Origin: Asterionella formosa
Taxonomy: Eukaryota
Assembly (NCBI GenBank): GCA_002256025.1
Contig: NKIB01012997.1
Span: 1 to 64,000 of the forward strand
DNA: 64,000 nucleotides
Reading direction: 5' to 3'
This document shows positions 24,661 to 37,251 of the stretch, one piece after another (positions within the stretch are counted from its first letter, which is position 1; every line of letters begins with the position of its first letter). Made by a program: the position numbers and the translations under genes. The notes beneath the pieces were generated by a model. That model had not been told where the DNA came from. It worked only from the letters and a program-made list of their open reading frames with translations, and made no database searches.

Positions 24661-24759
24661 TGAAGCTTTATCGTTTTGCGCAGTCAAAGGACATTGACAG
24701 GGGAAGCCAAGGATACCAAGTCTGGCGTGATGTTCTTGCTCCAGTGTATTTTATAGGCA

Positions 24760-26231
24760 GGACAAGCCGTGGTGATTTCGCCGTCATCAAATCACTAACA
24801 CTTGCTTCTTTATTCCAATTTCCACAGAAATCGGCGTCTGCACAAACAACAAATGAATGATCATCTGGAAGCAGGACTATTCCCTGATCGGCAGTGTCAA
24901 TCAAATATCGGACAATGTTCCGCACAGCTACAGCATGTGAGACCTTGGGATTAGCAGAGAATCGAGCGCATTGATGAATCGCATATGCAATATCCAGTCG
25001 AGTGGACTTTTCCAAGAAAATGAGCTTCCCAATAATGGATCGGTAGGACCAGTGCTCGGCAAAATCCTCACCATCAAGGTCTCGCTGCAGAATGACCGTA
25101 GATGATGCAGGAACTCCCTTGGATTTCGTGGTATTCATAAAGCCAATTTCACTGGCAATGGCCGCTATGAGGTGGGGTTGCGTAAGGGAAATTGAGTTCG
25201 AATCAACAGACAGCGTTACCTTGATCCCTAAATAGTCGGAGATATCCCCTTCATCCATCAGGTTAAAACTAGCTTGCATGAGCTTGATGCATTTGTCAAT
25301 CAGTTGAGCTTCTGGACTGATAAAAATCCCATCATCAACATACACCATGAATATAGTAACTCCTTATAGAACACACACTCATCTGCGTCACTCTGTATAA
25401 AACCAATAGGCAGCAAACCCCTTTTCAAATGCTGTGACCAAGTTCGCCCAGCTTGCTTTTGCCTGTAAATGTTCTTCAGGATCTTGAGACAGTGGTCTGT
25501 TTGACCACCCTCCGGCATCTCAAACCCAGCGGAATTTCCATGTACAAATCACACTCCACATCAGCTTGTGGGTAGGCCAGAGTAAAATCAATCTGCCTAG
25601 TACTCCAGCCATGCATCATTGACAGCACCAACAGCAAATGGATAGGTGGCCAGGAAAGGGTTGCAGCATAGGTTTCCCAGTAATTAACACTGTACTCTTG
25701 TTTACCACCATGTAAGTTCAACCTAGCTTTCCACTTATAGACCTCCCTTGAGGCAATACAGCGTTTCCTTTTCATTGCCCACACGCACGGGAGGATCTTG
25801 GTCCCAATAGGGACCGCTGATTTGGAAACCACCTTCCAGTGATGTTTCTTGTCTGGCTCCCTCAGAGCCTGGTCGGCGCGCAACATGTCAGGGTCGGAGG
25901 TTTTGACCACAAAAGCTATTGGGTCATCCATCATGACTTGTAGTTGATATTCCTCATCCCCATCTATGTCCTCAAGCACCATAGAGGAGCACAGAAAACC
26001 CTGTGCCACGCTTTCTTGGAGTCGACGGGAAGGTTTATGTCGCTCCGACCAACGCACTCCTGCCACAGGAGGTGGGGAGTGGTCCGTCGGAAGAATTTGA
26101 GGACCATCTGTCTGAGATTGGTGGGGCAAGGGCACATCCTGGGGAGCCACCTCCGGAGCGATAACGGAGTGGTGGTGGGGTATTGTATTCCCTCTAGGAC
26201 CACCAAATGGGGGCAATAGGTCCGGGATCCT

Positions 26232-26264
<33 letters not shown>

Positions 26265-27590
26265 AGGGGCGGGGGGGGTGACTCGCGCCTGACTTGTTGG
26301 CTACTGGAAAAATGAGTGGCCAAGAGCCATCCGGTCTCATAGGAGTCATCCCCTTTTCCAACAGTTTTGAACATGTCATCAAACGGCACATGGAATTGGG
26401 GGGAAACCAGACCAGTCTTAATGTTTTAATACTAGGGCCACAGAGGGCATTGGGCTTGACATCACTCACTTGGGACATCAATTTGTCGCCTCTCTTCCGA
26501 TTGGCAAGGGATCCCACCCCTTCTTTGGGGACTGGCCAAATGAGTTCGGCATTATCCTTGTAGTCGCATCAGTGACCGTGTTCATGTAAAAACAATTAAA
26601 CCTGAAATTAGGCTCCTGAGTTACCATGATTGCCTCGTAGATCTGGTATCTTTTTGTCCCTGGCGCAGAAAACAAAGTTGCCACATTTGTTTCCGGGTCA
26701 AAACGCACACTTCGAACATAGCCATTGTTCCCCCAATGTAGGGTGACCTTGTCCTCATACGTAGCGCACTATGCTCCCTTCCCTCTGCTGTCACATCGGT
26801 TGATTTCCTTGCTCCAGTGTTGAGAGGAAAACATGTGGAAAGGTGCATCTGGGGCATAATACGTCCCTGGAATACGAAAATGGGGAATACGACCGAAATC
26901 GTCCTGTATACTCCATTTAACCGTTCCCTTTTGCAATACCGCAATTGGGCCTCCAACTCCGCTGATTTCAGCGTGAACTGGAGTAGGAACTCCCACAATA
27001 TCCGTGCTGCAGTTTGTCACACACTTAGAGCAACAATTGTTGATCATCAATAGATAACTATCTCAATCAAAAGGTGGGGTAACCGGGCCAGCTTGTGACA
27101 TGGTGGACGTACCAAGCCCAAATGACGAGTGCTGATCCATAGGTGCAAAAATCCGCACATACTCCCTTGGCTTTCGGTAGATACTGTACGCTCGCTCTCC
27201 GGAACCCCCTGATCGGAAAACTTTCGTCTTTCGGAATTTCATGCGGCAAGTGGGTCGTGCAAGGGCAATCTCTAGTAACTGACACAAGGTGGTAATGATA
27301 ACCGCACACCCTCTTGCATATACTGAGGACATTAGTGACATCATTGTGGAGCGATTCCGCTTAGGAATTTATGGAGTACGAAGTGGGGTCCCATAGGTGT
27401 CATCCAACACTGGGCATAGCACTGGGATCCTAGATAAAAGCACAAGTGCCCAGCACACCCATAGGCACATCATCAAGGTATGGCCAAAGAACTTGGACAA
27501 AAAGGTCATGCACGTTGGCCCACAGAGAATGAACTGATAAAACCAATAGCTCAGTATGCTATTTAATTTGCTCATCATTCTCCACGCTTT
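24760..27590 (-). mobile_element. Decayed Ty1/Copia (CoDi-like) pol: protease region, integrase end, RT, start of RNase H
   Basis: KGTVKWSIQDDFG...PGTYYAP..FSSQHW; TGLVSPQFHVPFDD; VWAMKRKR..YKWKARLNLHGGKQ..NYWETYA; QIDFTLAYPQA; VYVDDG; DEGDISDYLG; YRSIIGKL; ADADFCGNW; frameshifted. Confidence 0.93.
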
Positions 27591-27599
27591 ATCTACATG

Positions 27600-30492
27600 C
27601 CTTGATCTTGAATTTTTTCCGCTTCATCAATACGCTTTGCCATGACTTCATTCTCAAACAGGGCCATTTCTCTTCCACTTTCTCCGAAGCTGTCAAATTC
27701 GACTTCCTCTGCAAAACAACTGTGGCCAAATACTCTCTGCTCTCTAAATATAATCGATATATCCTTGGTTCTTTCGCTGATGGTTTTGTTCTTGTTGCTG
27801 GCAAGCATTCCTTGCAAACTGTCTCTCCTACTGCCAATGAACCCAGTGTCCACACTTTTTCTAACAAAACCGATGGGGAGTATAATCCTCCCCTCCTGCC
27901 GGGCAAATCTAATAAACGCGAAGTTGAAGGCGCATTGTTTATTGCTGTGTTCATCATGCCAAAAGCCCTCGTTGCCTCACCTTCTCCAACACGGGCCAAT
28001 GGGTTATTCACGCACCATCACACTCAATGTCGTCTCAAGAAAGCCAAGGCCGGCGGTCTTCCTACTCCGGTTGTTTCATCCGCTCCGTGTGTGGCTGCCC
28101 TTGTTGCTGCTACCCCGCCTGCTGCTTCTGCTCCTCCTCCTTCCGCTGATATTTGCCCCCTTAGTTACACTGCGGTTGTGTCCTCTGGCGAGCCCCTGCT
28201 CATGAGGTCCAAACTTAAGCAGGTCCTTGACAGTGGCGACCCCACTCAGGTCGCTGGCCTCTTTGCTGCCTATCAGCCAAGCTGCATGCTTGGCTGGCTC
28301 TGCCGATTCTGGTGAACATCTCTGATATTGGGTTCCGGCTGCTCATATTTATGCTCCGTTTTTCATAACATGTTGCTACATGTTTCTTGCTACATATTCT
28401 GGCTACCTGTGAATGTCGATGGTCCCTCTTTCCCCTTGGGTTTGGTACTGTCCTGTGGCGTTTCCACGATGACAGCCACCTTCTTCACTCCTTTCGCATT
28501 CCCCATGTAGCCTATCTTCCCGCCTGCGCCATTCACCTCTGTCGTCTTCAAGGCCTTCCTTGTGACATCTTTGCTGACAACAATGGGACTTTCCTTACCA
28601 CTTAGTACAGCACTCCTCGTTCTATTCTTGTATTCAACCATCGGCAATGTGAATGCACCATCATTCATCCTCCTCGATCTGGGATTCCTATTCTTACCTG
28701 TGGCCCTGGTCTTCCTAGGTTTCGCCAATTCTTTGCTGGCCCCTTCACTGCCATTTATCGCTCCCCTTAACCTTCCATGCCTATCTGCTCCACTCGGTCT
28801 GAAGACCTATCCACCAGTCCCTCTTCTGCACCTCTGCTTCCTTCCCTTGTCCACCATGGTTTCTCTCTCTTCTGGTCAGCTTGACTTTCTGCGCCTTTAC
28901 TCTTGTCTTGGGCACATGTCTCTTTCTGTTTTCCAATCTATGGTACACTCTGGCTGATCAACTCCGCATGTCCTTCTCCACGAGACCGCCACCTGTCTCC
29001 TTCCCAAATGCGCTGCTTGTCTCTATGGCAAAATGAAACGGAAACCCTGGCATACCAAGAAACCTCCCAGCTCTGCCATCGACAGCCTCATGTCCATGCC
29101 CCTTTTGATTCCCAAAGGCCCTTGCTCTCCGCCCTGGTTCCGCTTCCATTGACCATTTTTCTTTCTCCGAACTTGGTCTTGTTGGTCATTCCAAAGGCGT
29201 TCTTACTCTGAAATCCTTCCGTGGAGGGGCTGATTTCGTCGACACAGAAAGTATGGTCAGTTATGTACACTTGCAAAACAGTCTCAATGCTGGACAAGCA
29301 CTTGCTGGCAAACATGCCTTTGAACGTGAAATGGCGAAGTATGGACAGGCAATTGTCGCTCACTTACCGTGCAGACAATGGTATCTTCGCTAATAATGCT
29401 GATAATGTGTTTAAAGCCGCTGTCGTTGCTGCAAATCAATCCATCACCAATTGTGTTGTTGTTGGCCACCACCCAAACTCCTTCGCAGACGAAAACTGGC
29501 CTGTATTGGTGTCATTTGCCTCAACGCTCACTCTAGCTACTAGTACTATGTTACTTCATGCTACGCTTTTATGGCCTGAAGCGGTGACCTTGGCACCCTG
29601 GCCCTTTGCTATATGTTTATCCAATGACCTATGCAATCTACAGTCTTGCTCTGATGGTCCTTGTTGTTACTTACAGCGTCTTTCCTTATCTGACGTCTTA
29701 ACTTCCTTTTCTCATTACCATCCCTTTGGTTGTCTTGTTGTTTTTCTTGACAATCGACTCCATTCTGCTGGCAATAGTATTCCTTGCTGGGATCAGCTCT
29801 TCTGGGTGGGTCTCTACCTTGGGAGCTCCAAGTACCATGCTTCTAGCGTTCCTTTAGTCCTTAACCTTGCTACTAGTCATGTCACTACACCGTTTCATGT
29901 GGTTTTTGATGATATTTTATTCTCTCTTGTTGAATCTCTTACATGCCAAGAAATCCCCAATCACTGACTGGGCAGACCTCTATGCTTGCTGCCACGTCCG
30001 CCTTGTTACTCCTGACAAACTTCTTGATCCTGCTCTCAGTACCTCTTCCACCTTGTTTGATTCTACACAACGCATAGTATAGCAACCAGTTGCTGACATT
30101 GGCCCTTGCCTTTATTTAACTAAACCAAACACCACCGCTGTTCCTCTATCTATTCCACCTCCACGCACATTGCATGCTCCCACCACCCCTCCTGCCTGCT
30201 ATCACTTCTGTGTTTCCTCCTCCTCTTGCTGGCTGCTTTTTCCCTGTCTACCATGTTACCACTGTCATCTGTACCTTTCCTTGCTCCTCCTGCCAGAGCT
30301 TCCATGGCTTCTCCCAAGGGAGCGCCTCTTGCTCTTTCCGAGGGAGCTTCTCCTATTCCGCCCAAGGGAGCCTCTGTTGCTCATTCTGAGGGCCTCTCTC
30401 TTGGGGAATGGCTTAGTGGTTAGCACACCCGATGCAGTGGCAGGTTCGATTCCTGCATTATCCACCTGTCTTTTTCATGTAGTCCCTAGGGT

Positions 30493-30523
<31 letters not shown>

Positions 30524-30780
30524 AAAAATCCCCGGGGCCCTGTGTACCGTACAGACAAATAAAACTGGTACTAATTGTGTCCATTTATTCATTTATTTGG
30601 GCACAAGTGCGATTATTGGATAGCTGTAACTTACTATAAGATTTGATTGATAATTTAATGAGGGCCTCTCTCTTATTCCTACCAAGGTAGCGCCATCTAT
30701 TTCTTGCTGTGGTTGTCTGCGTCTTCCATCTGTGTGTCAACCTAAAAAGTTGCTTCTTGCGCACCCCATGGTTTGGTTTC
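27600..30780 (+). mobile_element. Second decayed Ty1/Copia (CoDi-like) element: gag-like region, GAG-pre-integrase, integrase; divergent from the first
   Basis: LGHMS...KCAACLYGKMKRKPWHTK; YRADNGIF; TMLLHA..WP...WPFA; HPFGC; VGLYLG.S..HASSVPLVLNL.T.HV..PFHVVFDD; Pro/Ala-rich linker. Confidence 0.88.
30403..30658 (+). mobile_element. tRNA-derived SINE (256 bp) with 16-bp TSD, inserted in the Copia element
   Basis: TSD TGAGGGCCTCTCTCTT at 30387-30402 and 30659-30674; A box TGGCTTAGTGG, B box GGTTCGATTCC; internal G29 run; AT-rich tail. Confidence 0.88.
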
Positions 30781-31784
30781 CTTCCTCTCGTTCCCTATGA
30801 GCTGTGCTGCAATTGCTCCCACATCCCTTAGCATGCACCTGCAGATGACAACAACTGTACAGTGTCAAAACAGTGATAGCAGAAGATTCAAACAAATACA
30901 AAATAAGTATATGCTATACTTAAAGGTTATAAGTAATACAATGACATTCAATAAATGTAGTTATGAATTGATCAAGGTTCATTGTTAACTTCATTTATCA
31001 AGCGCCTTAAGACTAGTCAAGTGTTAGTAGGGTAGCCTGCATGGTGCTTCCTGGCATTGACAGCCTAGGTTGTATAAAAATCTTAACCTACCCAGTATCA
31101 ACCCAACAAACGTGGTGACTTTGGGCGCTGCAAGGCGGGGAAAGGGTGGATACACTCTCTTGAATGAGAGTAGGGGAAATTATGTGTGTTGTAAATGCCA
31201 TATTCTGGTACTGGTGAGTTAATCTTTCCCCACATCTTGATGACTGAGGAGAAGGCAGATAGCTTGGTTTGATCTTTCAATGAGGCATATATTTGCCTCC
31301 ATGTGTTTGCCTTGCCTTTTGTGGCATTTCTGGCCGACTCTGATAATATTGTGCAGCTTCAGCTAGTATCTGTTTGGATCAAAGTGAAATGTGGTGACAT
31401 GATCATCATGACTTTTCTTGAATTCTTGTTGTTTCTGTTGATTCTTTCATGTGTTTGTAGCTCATTGCGTACGCTGGAGTTATTGTGTAGCTCAAAGCGC
31501 CAGTGCAGACCTGCTTCCGATGCCAGGACATCGACAAATGCGCTCTTCAATTGAATGAGGATGCATGTTGTTGCATTCCATTCATTTTCTTCAAGCTCCT
31601 TGAGTGTCTTGTTGTTTCTGTTGATTCTTTCATATGTTTGTAGCTCATTGCATACAGTGTAGAGATTTTGTAGCAAGAGAGGTCTGATTTGATTGCGCGG
31701 CTGTAAATATACATCGCCCTCCATGGTGAGAGGGGGTGCTTACCAGTGCTATTAGGATTGCTGTATTGATCAAGGTTCAATAGG

Positions 31785-32064
31785 TTCAATAAATTTTCAA
31801 TGATGCATCTGTTGTTGACTGGATGACAATTGGCTGTGTATGATATGCAAACACATCTTTCGGTCGTCAGGTGCATTCTTGAGGAAACCATCACAGAAGG
31901 TTTGCAAAAACTCATTATGAATTGATCAATCTTCAATAAATTTTCAATGATGCATCTGTTGTTGACTGGATGACAATTGGCTGTGTATGATATGTAACCC
32001 ATCTTTTGGTTGTCAGGTGCATTCTTGAGGGAAGCATCACAGAAGGTTTGCAAAAACTCATTAC
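31785..32064. repeat. Tandem duplication, 2 units of ~147 bp; a further ~45-bp duplication at about 31426 and 31609
   Basis: TTCAATAAATTTTCAATGATGCATCTGTTGTTGACTGGATGACAATTGGCTGTGTATGATATG at 31785 and 31932. Confidence 0.9.
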
Positions 32065-32846
32065 AATCATGACACTTCGGCATTATAATCAGATTTTGTG
32101 GTTGTATAGTTTTACTGATGCATCGTTAGTATTCAATGTTGTATCTGTTGTTGCCTAAATAAGAACTAACAAAAATTGATAGACACTGCAATGTTTGGTT
32201 GTGTGTGAGGTGAATTGTTGAGAGGATCATCACGGAATTTGTGCAAACACTCCATACACGCAATATAATGTGGCATGATACTGCCAGAATAACCCATACA
32301 TCATGAAGGCTTGAGCAACAGTGTAATCGGACAAACAATCAAGTCGTCATTGGTGTCGATTCTTTGCTGGATCACCAACAGTGTATGCTGCAAAGTTCAG
32401 CGGTACCATTCCTCGGTTGTCGCATCAATTCTTGGTGGAATCATTGTCACCAAGCGTTTTCAAGGACAGATTAAGATGAAAAATAATAATGACATAGAAA
32501 TCACGTCATGAAGAATTGATAAACAATGCAATCATTCAAATCGTCATTTTTTGTTTGAGTGTTGAAGACGAAGTGAAAAGCGGAGCAAGAAATGATGATC
32601 AAAAATAAACCAATATTTTCGCTGCCTTGCTGTTACATCCTCGTCATTCTACGAGGAAGATAAACTACAGGAACAAAAAAGAATAGTATACGTAAGAATT
32701 GTACAATAAGCATTGTCCAAAAAGGTTCCTATTTAATTTATGACAATAATTGTTATACTACATATTAGATAATATATTGAAATTATGCAATCATATGATT
32801 GTCATCATAAGTTGCATCGCACAAATAAGATGATTTCTATTTGCAG

Positions 32847-33594
32847 AAGTGCAATCAATAATATTCCCTTCACATGTTTGGTTAGACCAGCTGAGCAAAT
32901 GGGGACATGGTGCAAATTCTGTGGTCTGTTGAATGGTCTGTAGGTTGTCCGTAATAATGGAAAAATAACTTCTTGGGTAGTTTTTTCCTTCATTACTCCC
33001 CTTCATTCAAGGTGATGATAGATAAGTTCTTTGTAATAGGTGTATCTTGAAGAGGCTTGGATGGTAAGTATGAATTAAGGATGCTGTGTGAACCATTAAG
33101 CCACCTTTGTCCATCAAGCAACATTTGGACAGTGTGCCACTTCCTCCCTCTAACACGAATGGATTAAAAAAACTTTGTCCTTGATGCTTCTGACTTTTTC
33201 TTCGTCTTGTGGTCCTTCTCTTTAGCTTAGGAGACACACCATTGCTTCGCAGATACTCACTCTCTTACTTGTCTGGTTCAGGTGAGCGGAATGGGTCCTG
33301 ATGAACTATTGAAGAGAAAGCAATCAGGATATTACACCTACCCAGGCAGAGAACATCACAACTGCTACAATACAGTCCTTGAAAATACTGGATAAATCAG
33401 GATAATTTGTAAACTGTCTCCTATATTATGACTGATGTTTATCTAAGTGCAATCAATAATATTCCCTTCACATGTGTGGTCAGACCAGCTGAATAGTGAC
33501 GTGGTGCAAATTCTGAGGTCAGTTGAATGGTCTGTATAGGTTGTCTGTAATAATAGATCTAGAACTTCTTGGGTAGCTGTTTTTCCTTCATTAC
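32847..33594. repeat. Dispersed ~150-bp direct repeat pair (32847-32997 and 33445-33594)
   Basis: AAGTGCAATCAATAATATTCCCTTCACATGT...AGACCAGCTGA...GGTGCAAATTCTG...AACTTCTTGGGTAG...TTTTCCTTCATTAC shared. Confidence 0.85.
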
Positions 33595-34022
33595 CCCACA
33601 AGAACACACACATATATATATATATACGATATGTATATCCGGAGTACGGGTATGCTGGTATGTACCATTTACTTATCATGATTCTTGTTCAAACAAAAGA
33701 TGTGATATTTATATGTTTATATTGAATCTATGTTGCTGAATGTAGATTTTATATTACTCCACGCGCAAAGGCATACATAAAACAGTACTGTACAATCTTG
33801 GTTCATGATGATTGGAGACATAATAAAATTAGTACTGATCAATTTACTTATCCATTTAAGATGGTGCAAACCAAACCGTAGCGGATAGGAAAACTGTTCG
33901 AAGTAGCTTGATAATATTTGCTGTTTTATTTTAAAAAATTCCTAAATGCACTACCCCTATTAAGTGTGAAGCAACACACGATCAGGAAGGAACCGCAGAT
34001 CAGACCCTTGAGCAGTGATTCT

Positions 34023-34400
34023 TTAACAACCACATTTAATTTGGACCGCAGGTTGCTGAGCAACAATGCAATATGGATCGGTAGCATTACGATAAAGAGA
34101 TTTTTGGTAGTATTCTCTGCAATAAAAGCCTTTGGAACCTTTCGTTACATTCGTGTAAATATAAGTAAGCGTGGCTGTGGGGGCCCCACCGTCCTTGCAG
34201 AACGTACAAAGTAGAGGATTACGCTTGGTTGGAGCTCTCGTTGGCCCTTTGTTGGTTGGCATTTTTGTTGGCTTTCTGGTTGGCTTTTTACTGACGTAAA
34301 GCTTTCGTGTACGAAGGAGCGGGTCTTGCGCGACAGCCACGTTAGAAGCGAGGAGAGCAGAAATGTAGAGTACCTGGAAGAGGCGAAGAAAGGTTGTCAT
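34023..34400 (-). CDS. Small secreted protein: signal peptide, RKL motif, K-P-T repeats, Cys-rich C-terminal module
   Basis: MTTFLRLFQVLYISALLASNVAVA-QD; RTRKL; KPTRKPTKMPTNKGPTRAPT; six Cys ending in KCGC. Confidence 0.75.
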   Translation of the reverse strand: MTTFLRLFQVLYISALLASNVAVAQDPLLRTRKLYVSKKPTRKPTKMPTNKGPTRAPTKRNPLLCTFCKDGGAPTATLTYIYTNVTKGSKGFYCREYYQKSLYRNATDPYCIVAQQPAVQIKCGC

Positions 34401-36198
34401 TGTAGAACTGGTAATGAATGGTATTTGATTGCTATTGATGAATTTTATGAGAAACTTTCTGTGGTTTTCGCTTCATGACGGTCAGAAGTCGGAGTGCAAA
34501 AAATGACGATGTAGGCTCTACACGTATGGGAACTTGCTCCCAAACTTAAAATTAAGCCGTATATACCGGTAGTAGACTAACCAACATTGCCTTTTTCATT
34601 ATATATATAAATAATTGGAGACTTCGCCAAATATGTGCATGGAATCTTTCGTGACAATGCCTGATTAATCGTGTTAAAATTCTAAAATTGTATTTTCACA
34701 TGTTTAAAGTACATTCCACTTTTCGAAATATTATTCTCTAAACTGTAATGCACTGAGGACAACGATAGAATCTCTGTAGTCATTTGTTTGAAAATGACTT
34801 TTAAAAGTTTGAAATAACGGAGCATTGTACATGTACACACGATGATTGACATTCCTTCCAGTGTTTTGCTCCTGCCAATGCATGTGCTTTTTTTCACACG
34901 ATCACTTCCATGAGCTTGCTTTGTGTCTCTTGGCTGTAGAAACGATATACCGGTACTGCTATCATCGTCACCGGTATCCATCAAACAACTACGGAGTACC
35001 GTGTAGGTACAATACGGTAGTCAGTATGGTATAGAAGTCGTCAATTCTATTCGAACGTATGATATACCGGTAGGTACACTATGATACCTAGTAGCTCGTA
35101 CCGGTGGTACCTGGTACCTACCGGAGTCGTACCTGGTACCAGGAGCGGAGTATATCGCACTCGGCTCGGTTTTTATGAGTTTGTCGAGATTTAGACCAAC
35201 CATAAACAGCTGGGACCAGGCACCTGGTACTGTACCAGTAGACATTTTGCCGAATAGGTAATTTATATGTGCTTTTCTCATTTGATGTACCGGTATGTAT
35301 GTACGTACTCCTTCTTATAAAATCATCGGGATTACCTACCAGGACACGATATGATGTACTCCATACTCCATATGATACTCCGTGTTGAAAAGGTCCGTAC
35401 TCCTTCTCGCGGGCTGGGCTGGGTCTCTTCACGTAGGCTCTCACGTGCCAGCAGTACTACCTAGTACCACTTACTTTCGCTCTGCTTCTAGCCTTCCTGC
35501 TCGATAAACTAATTGACCTTCCTGTCAATTGATACATTGTTTACTCAAATGATAATCTAAAATTATAAGCTAGACTAAATGTTTCCTTTCCATACATCTT
35601 TGCTTCCCACAAAGTTGTTCAAGACTCTCTTCGAATTTCCACTTAACATTTCTGTAGAAATATCTTCAATCTTTGATTTTGTTAGACAGTTGATTGACGT
35701 GGCAATGCAAGATTCGACTTGTTGGATTACTACAATCAAGTCCACAATCCTTGTGACTCCAGCTAATATTTTTGACAACTCCAGAGTAGCAACCACAATA
35801 TAGGCTCCATTGTAGGCCTTCATATGTAGAAAATGTCACACCACAAGGCTAAAACAAAGTATTCATTTGATTTGGCCTTAAAAGACATAAAAATATTAAT
35901 CTACTAAGAGCTTTGCCACTGCATTGAATACCCAGCCAATTGAGGTTGTGCATCATTACTTGTCATGATGCATCATTTGGTCAAAAAAGCAAAAATATTT
36001 TAGCCACTGCATCAACCAAGAACAAATAGGCATTGGTCTTGGTCAAGAATGACCCCTCATTGACCAAATATTAGGTATTTGGTTGATTAGACTCCAATCA
36101 TAGTCAAATGAAAGAAGCATTTCTATTGGTTTAGATTTTGACTTGCGCACATGGTTTTAATTAGTGCAAATATAATTGTTGACATTTATTGTAGTCTT

Positions 36199-36289
36199 GG
36201 GGAATGGCTTAGTGGTTAGCACACGTTCTGCAATGGCGGGTTTGATTCCTGCATTCTCCACCTGTATTTTTCATGTAGTCCCTAGGGTT
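36199..36289 (+). mobile_element. Second copy (head only) of the tRNA-derived SINE
   Basis: Colinear with 30403-30493, substitutions only; intact acceptor stem GGGGAAT/ATTCTCCA; diverges after CCCTAGGGTT. Confidence 0.85.
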
Positions 36290-36594
36290 CCAAGGGGTGC
36301 ATCTGCTGCATTGAAGTAGGAAGAAAATTCTTCCTCAGTCCATTCATCCAATTGTTCCTCATAATCGTACATAATGGGAGTTTTATTAGCTCGCTTAGCT
36401 ATGGGAGGAATATTAGTTTCGTTCAAATTACTTTGTTGAATGTGTATACTTTGCCGTAAAGGTCGAGTATGATCCTCTGACCGCCAATGTGTTGCCATCG
36501 GGGGAAAGGGCGATACAGATATTCTCACTATTCATGTCATATTGAATGGACTGGGTTGACGAAGTCTTCTCCTTTGGATTTCATTTGCCATTAA

Positions 36595-36836
36595 CATTCT
36601 CCACGATGCAGTGAAAACTTGCTGTATAACCTGATTTGTTTGTTGCCAGGATTGATCCGTGAATGGCAACTGTACCACCGTCTGCACTGATCTGTACTTT
36701 TCTACCAACATCTTCATTCTCCACGATGCAGTGAAAACTTGCTGCATAACCTTATTTGTTTGTTGCCAGGATTGATCCGTGAATGGCAACCGTACCACCG
36801 TCTGCACTGATCTGTACTTTTCTACCAACATCTTCA
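36595..36836. repeat. Tandem duplication, 2 units of 120 bp
   Basis: CATTCTCCACGATGCAGTGAAAACTTGCTG... at 36595 and 36715, nearly identical. Confidence 0.95.
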
Positions 36837-37224
36837 ACCTGGGCCTTTAAATTTGACAAAACTTTCCAAATGATGCCATGAGAAGTAGCAGCAGCAGCAA
36901 CAACATTTGCAACTCGTCAATGTAGCAATATTGATGAAAAGCATAATTACGTACTCCTACATGAGTAGCAATCATAAATGCTGTTGAGATCCCTCCTCCC
37001 AAATTTTGTTGTTGTTTTTGCCATTAGAGATAAAAATGGTGTCTTTGTTGTTTAATTTGATTAAATGACATAAACTAAATTTATGAAATTTGTGTTGCTT
37101 AACGCTGTATTTGAAGCGATACACACAGATACACATTTCGGAGCAACAAAAAATGTGTTGCTAGAAGCAACATACCACCCAGATGTGTGAGATACAAAAA
37201 AGTTGGCCGAGCAATATATTTTTA

Positions 37225-37251
37225 ATTTTGTATCTCTCTTAAAATCGCCCC
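37225..37251 (-). mobile_element. Harbinger-type terminal inverted repeat (right end of an element lying to the left)
   Basis: Reverse complement GGGGCGATTTTAAGAGAGATACAAAAT resembles GGGGCGATCTTAACAGAGGTACAAAT at 46096; followed by TAA. Confidence 0.6.

Noticed and set aside
30403..30464. Functional tRNA gene
   Set aside because: Only 62 nt, no proper anticodon stem-loop, and embedded in a TSD-flanked insertion
30401..30489. Helitron-like ends (TC...CTAG) around the tRNA-like repeat
   Set aside because: No A|T insertion site, and the 16-bp TSD is incompatible with Helitrons
35575..35823. Possible proteasome lid (Rpn7-like) pseudogene
   Set aside because: Resemblance too weak, with no diagnostic motif
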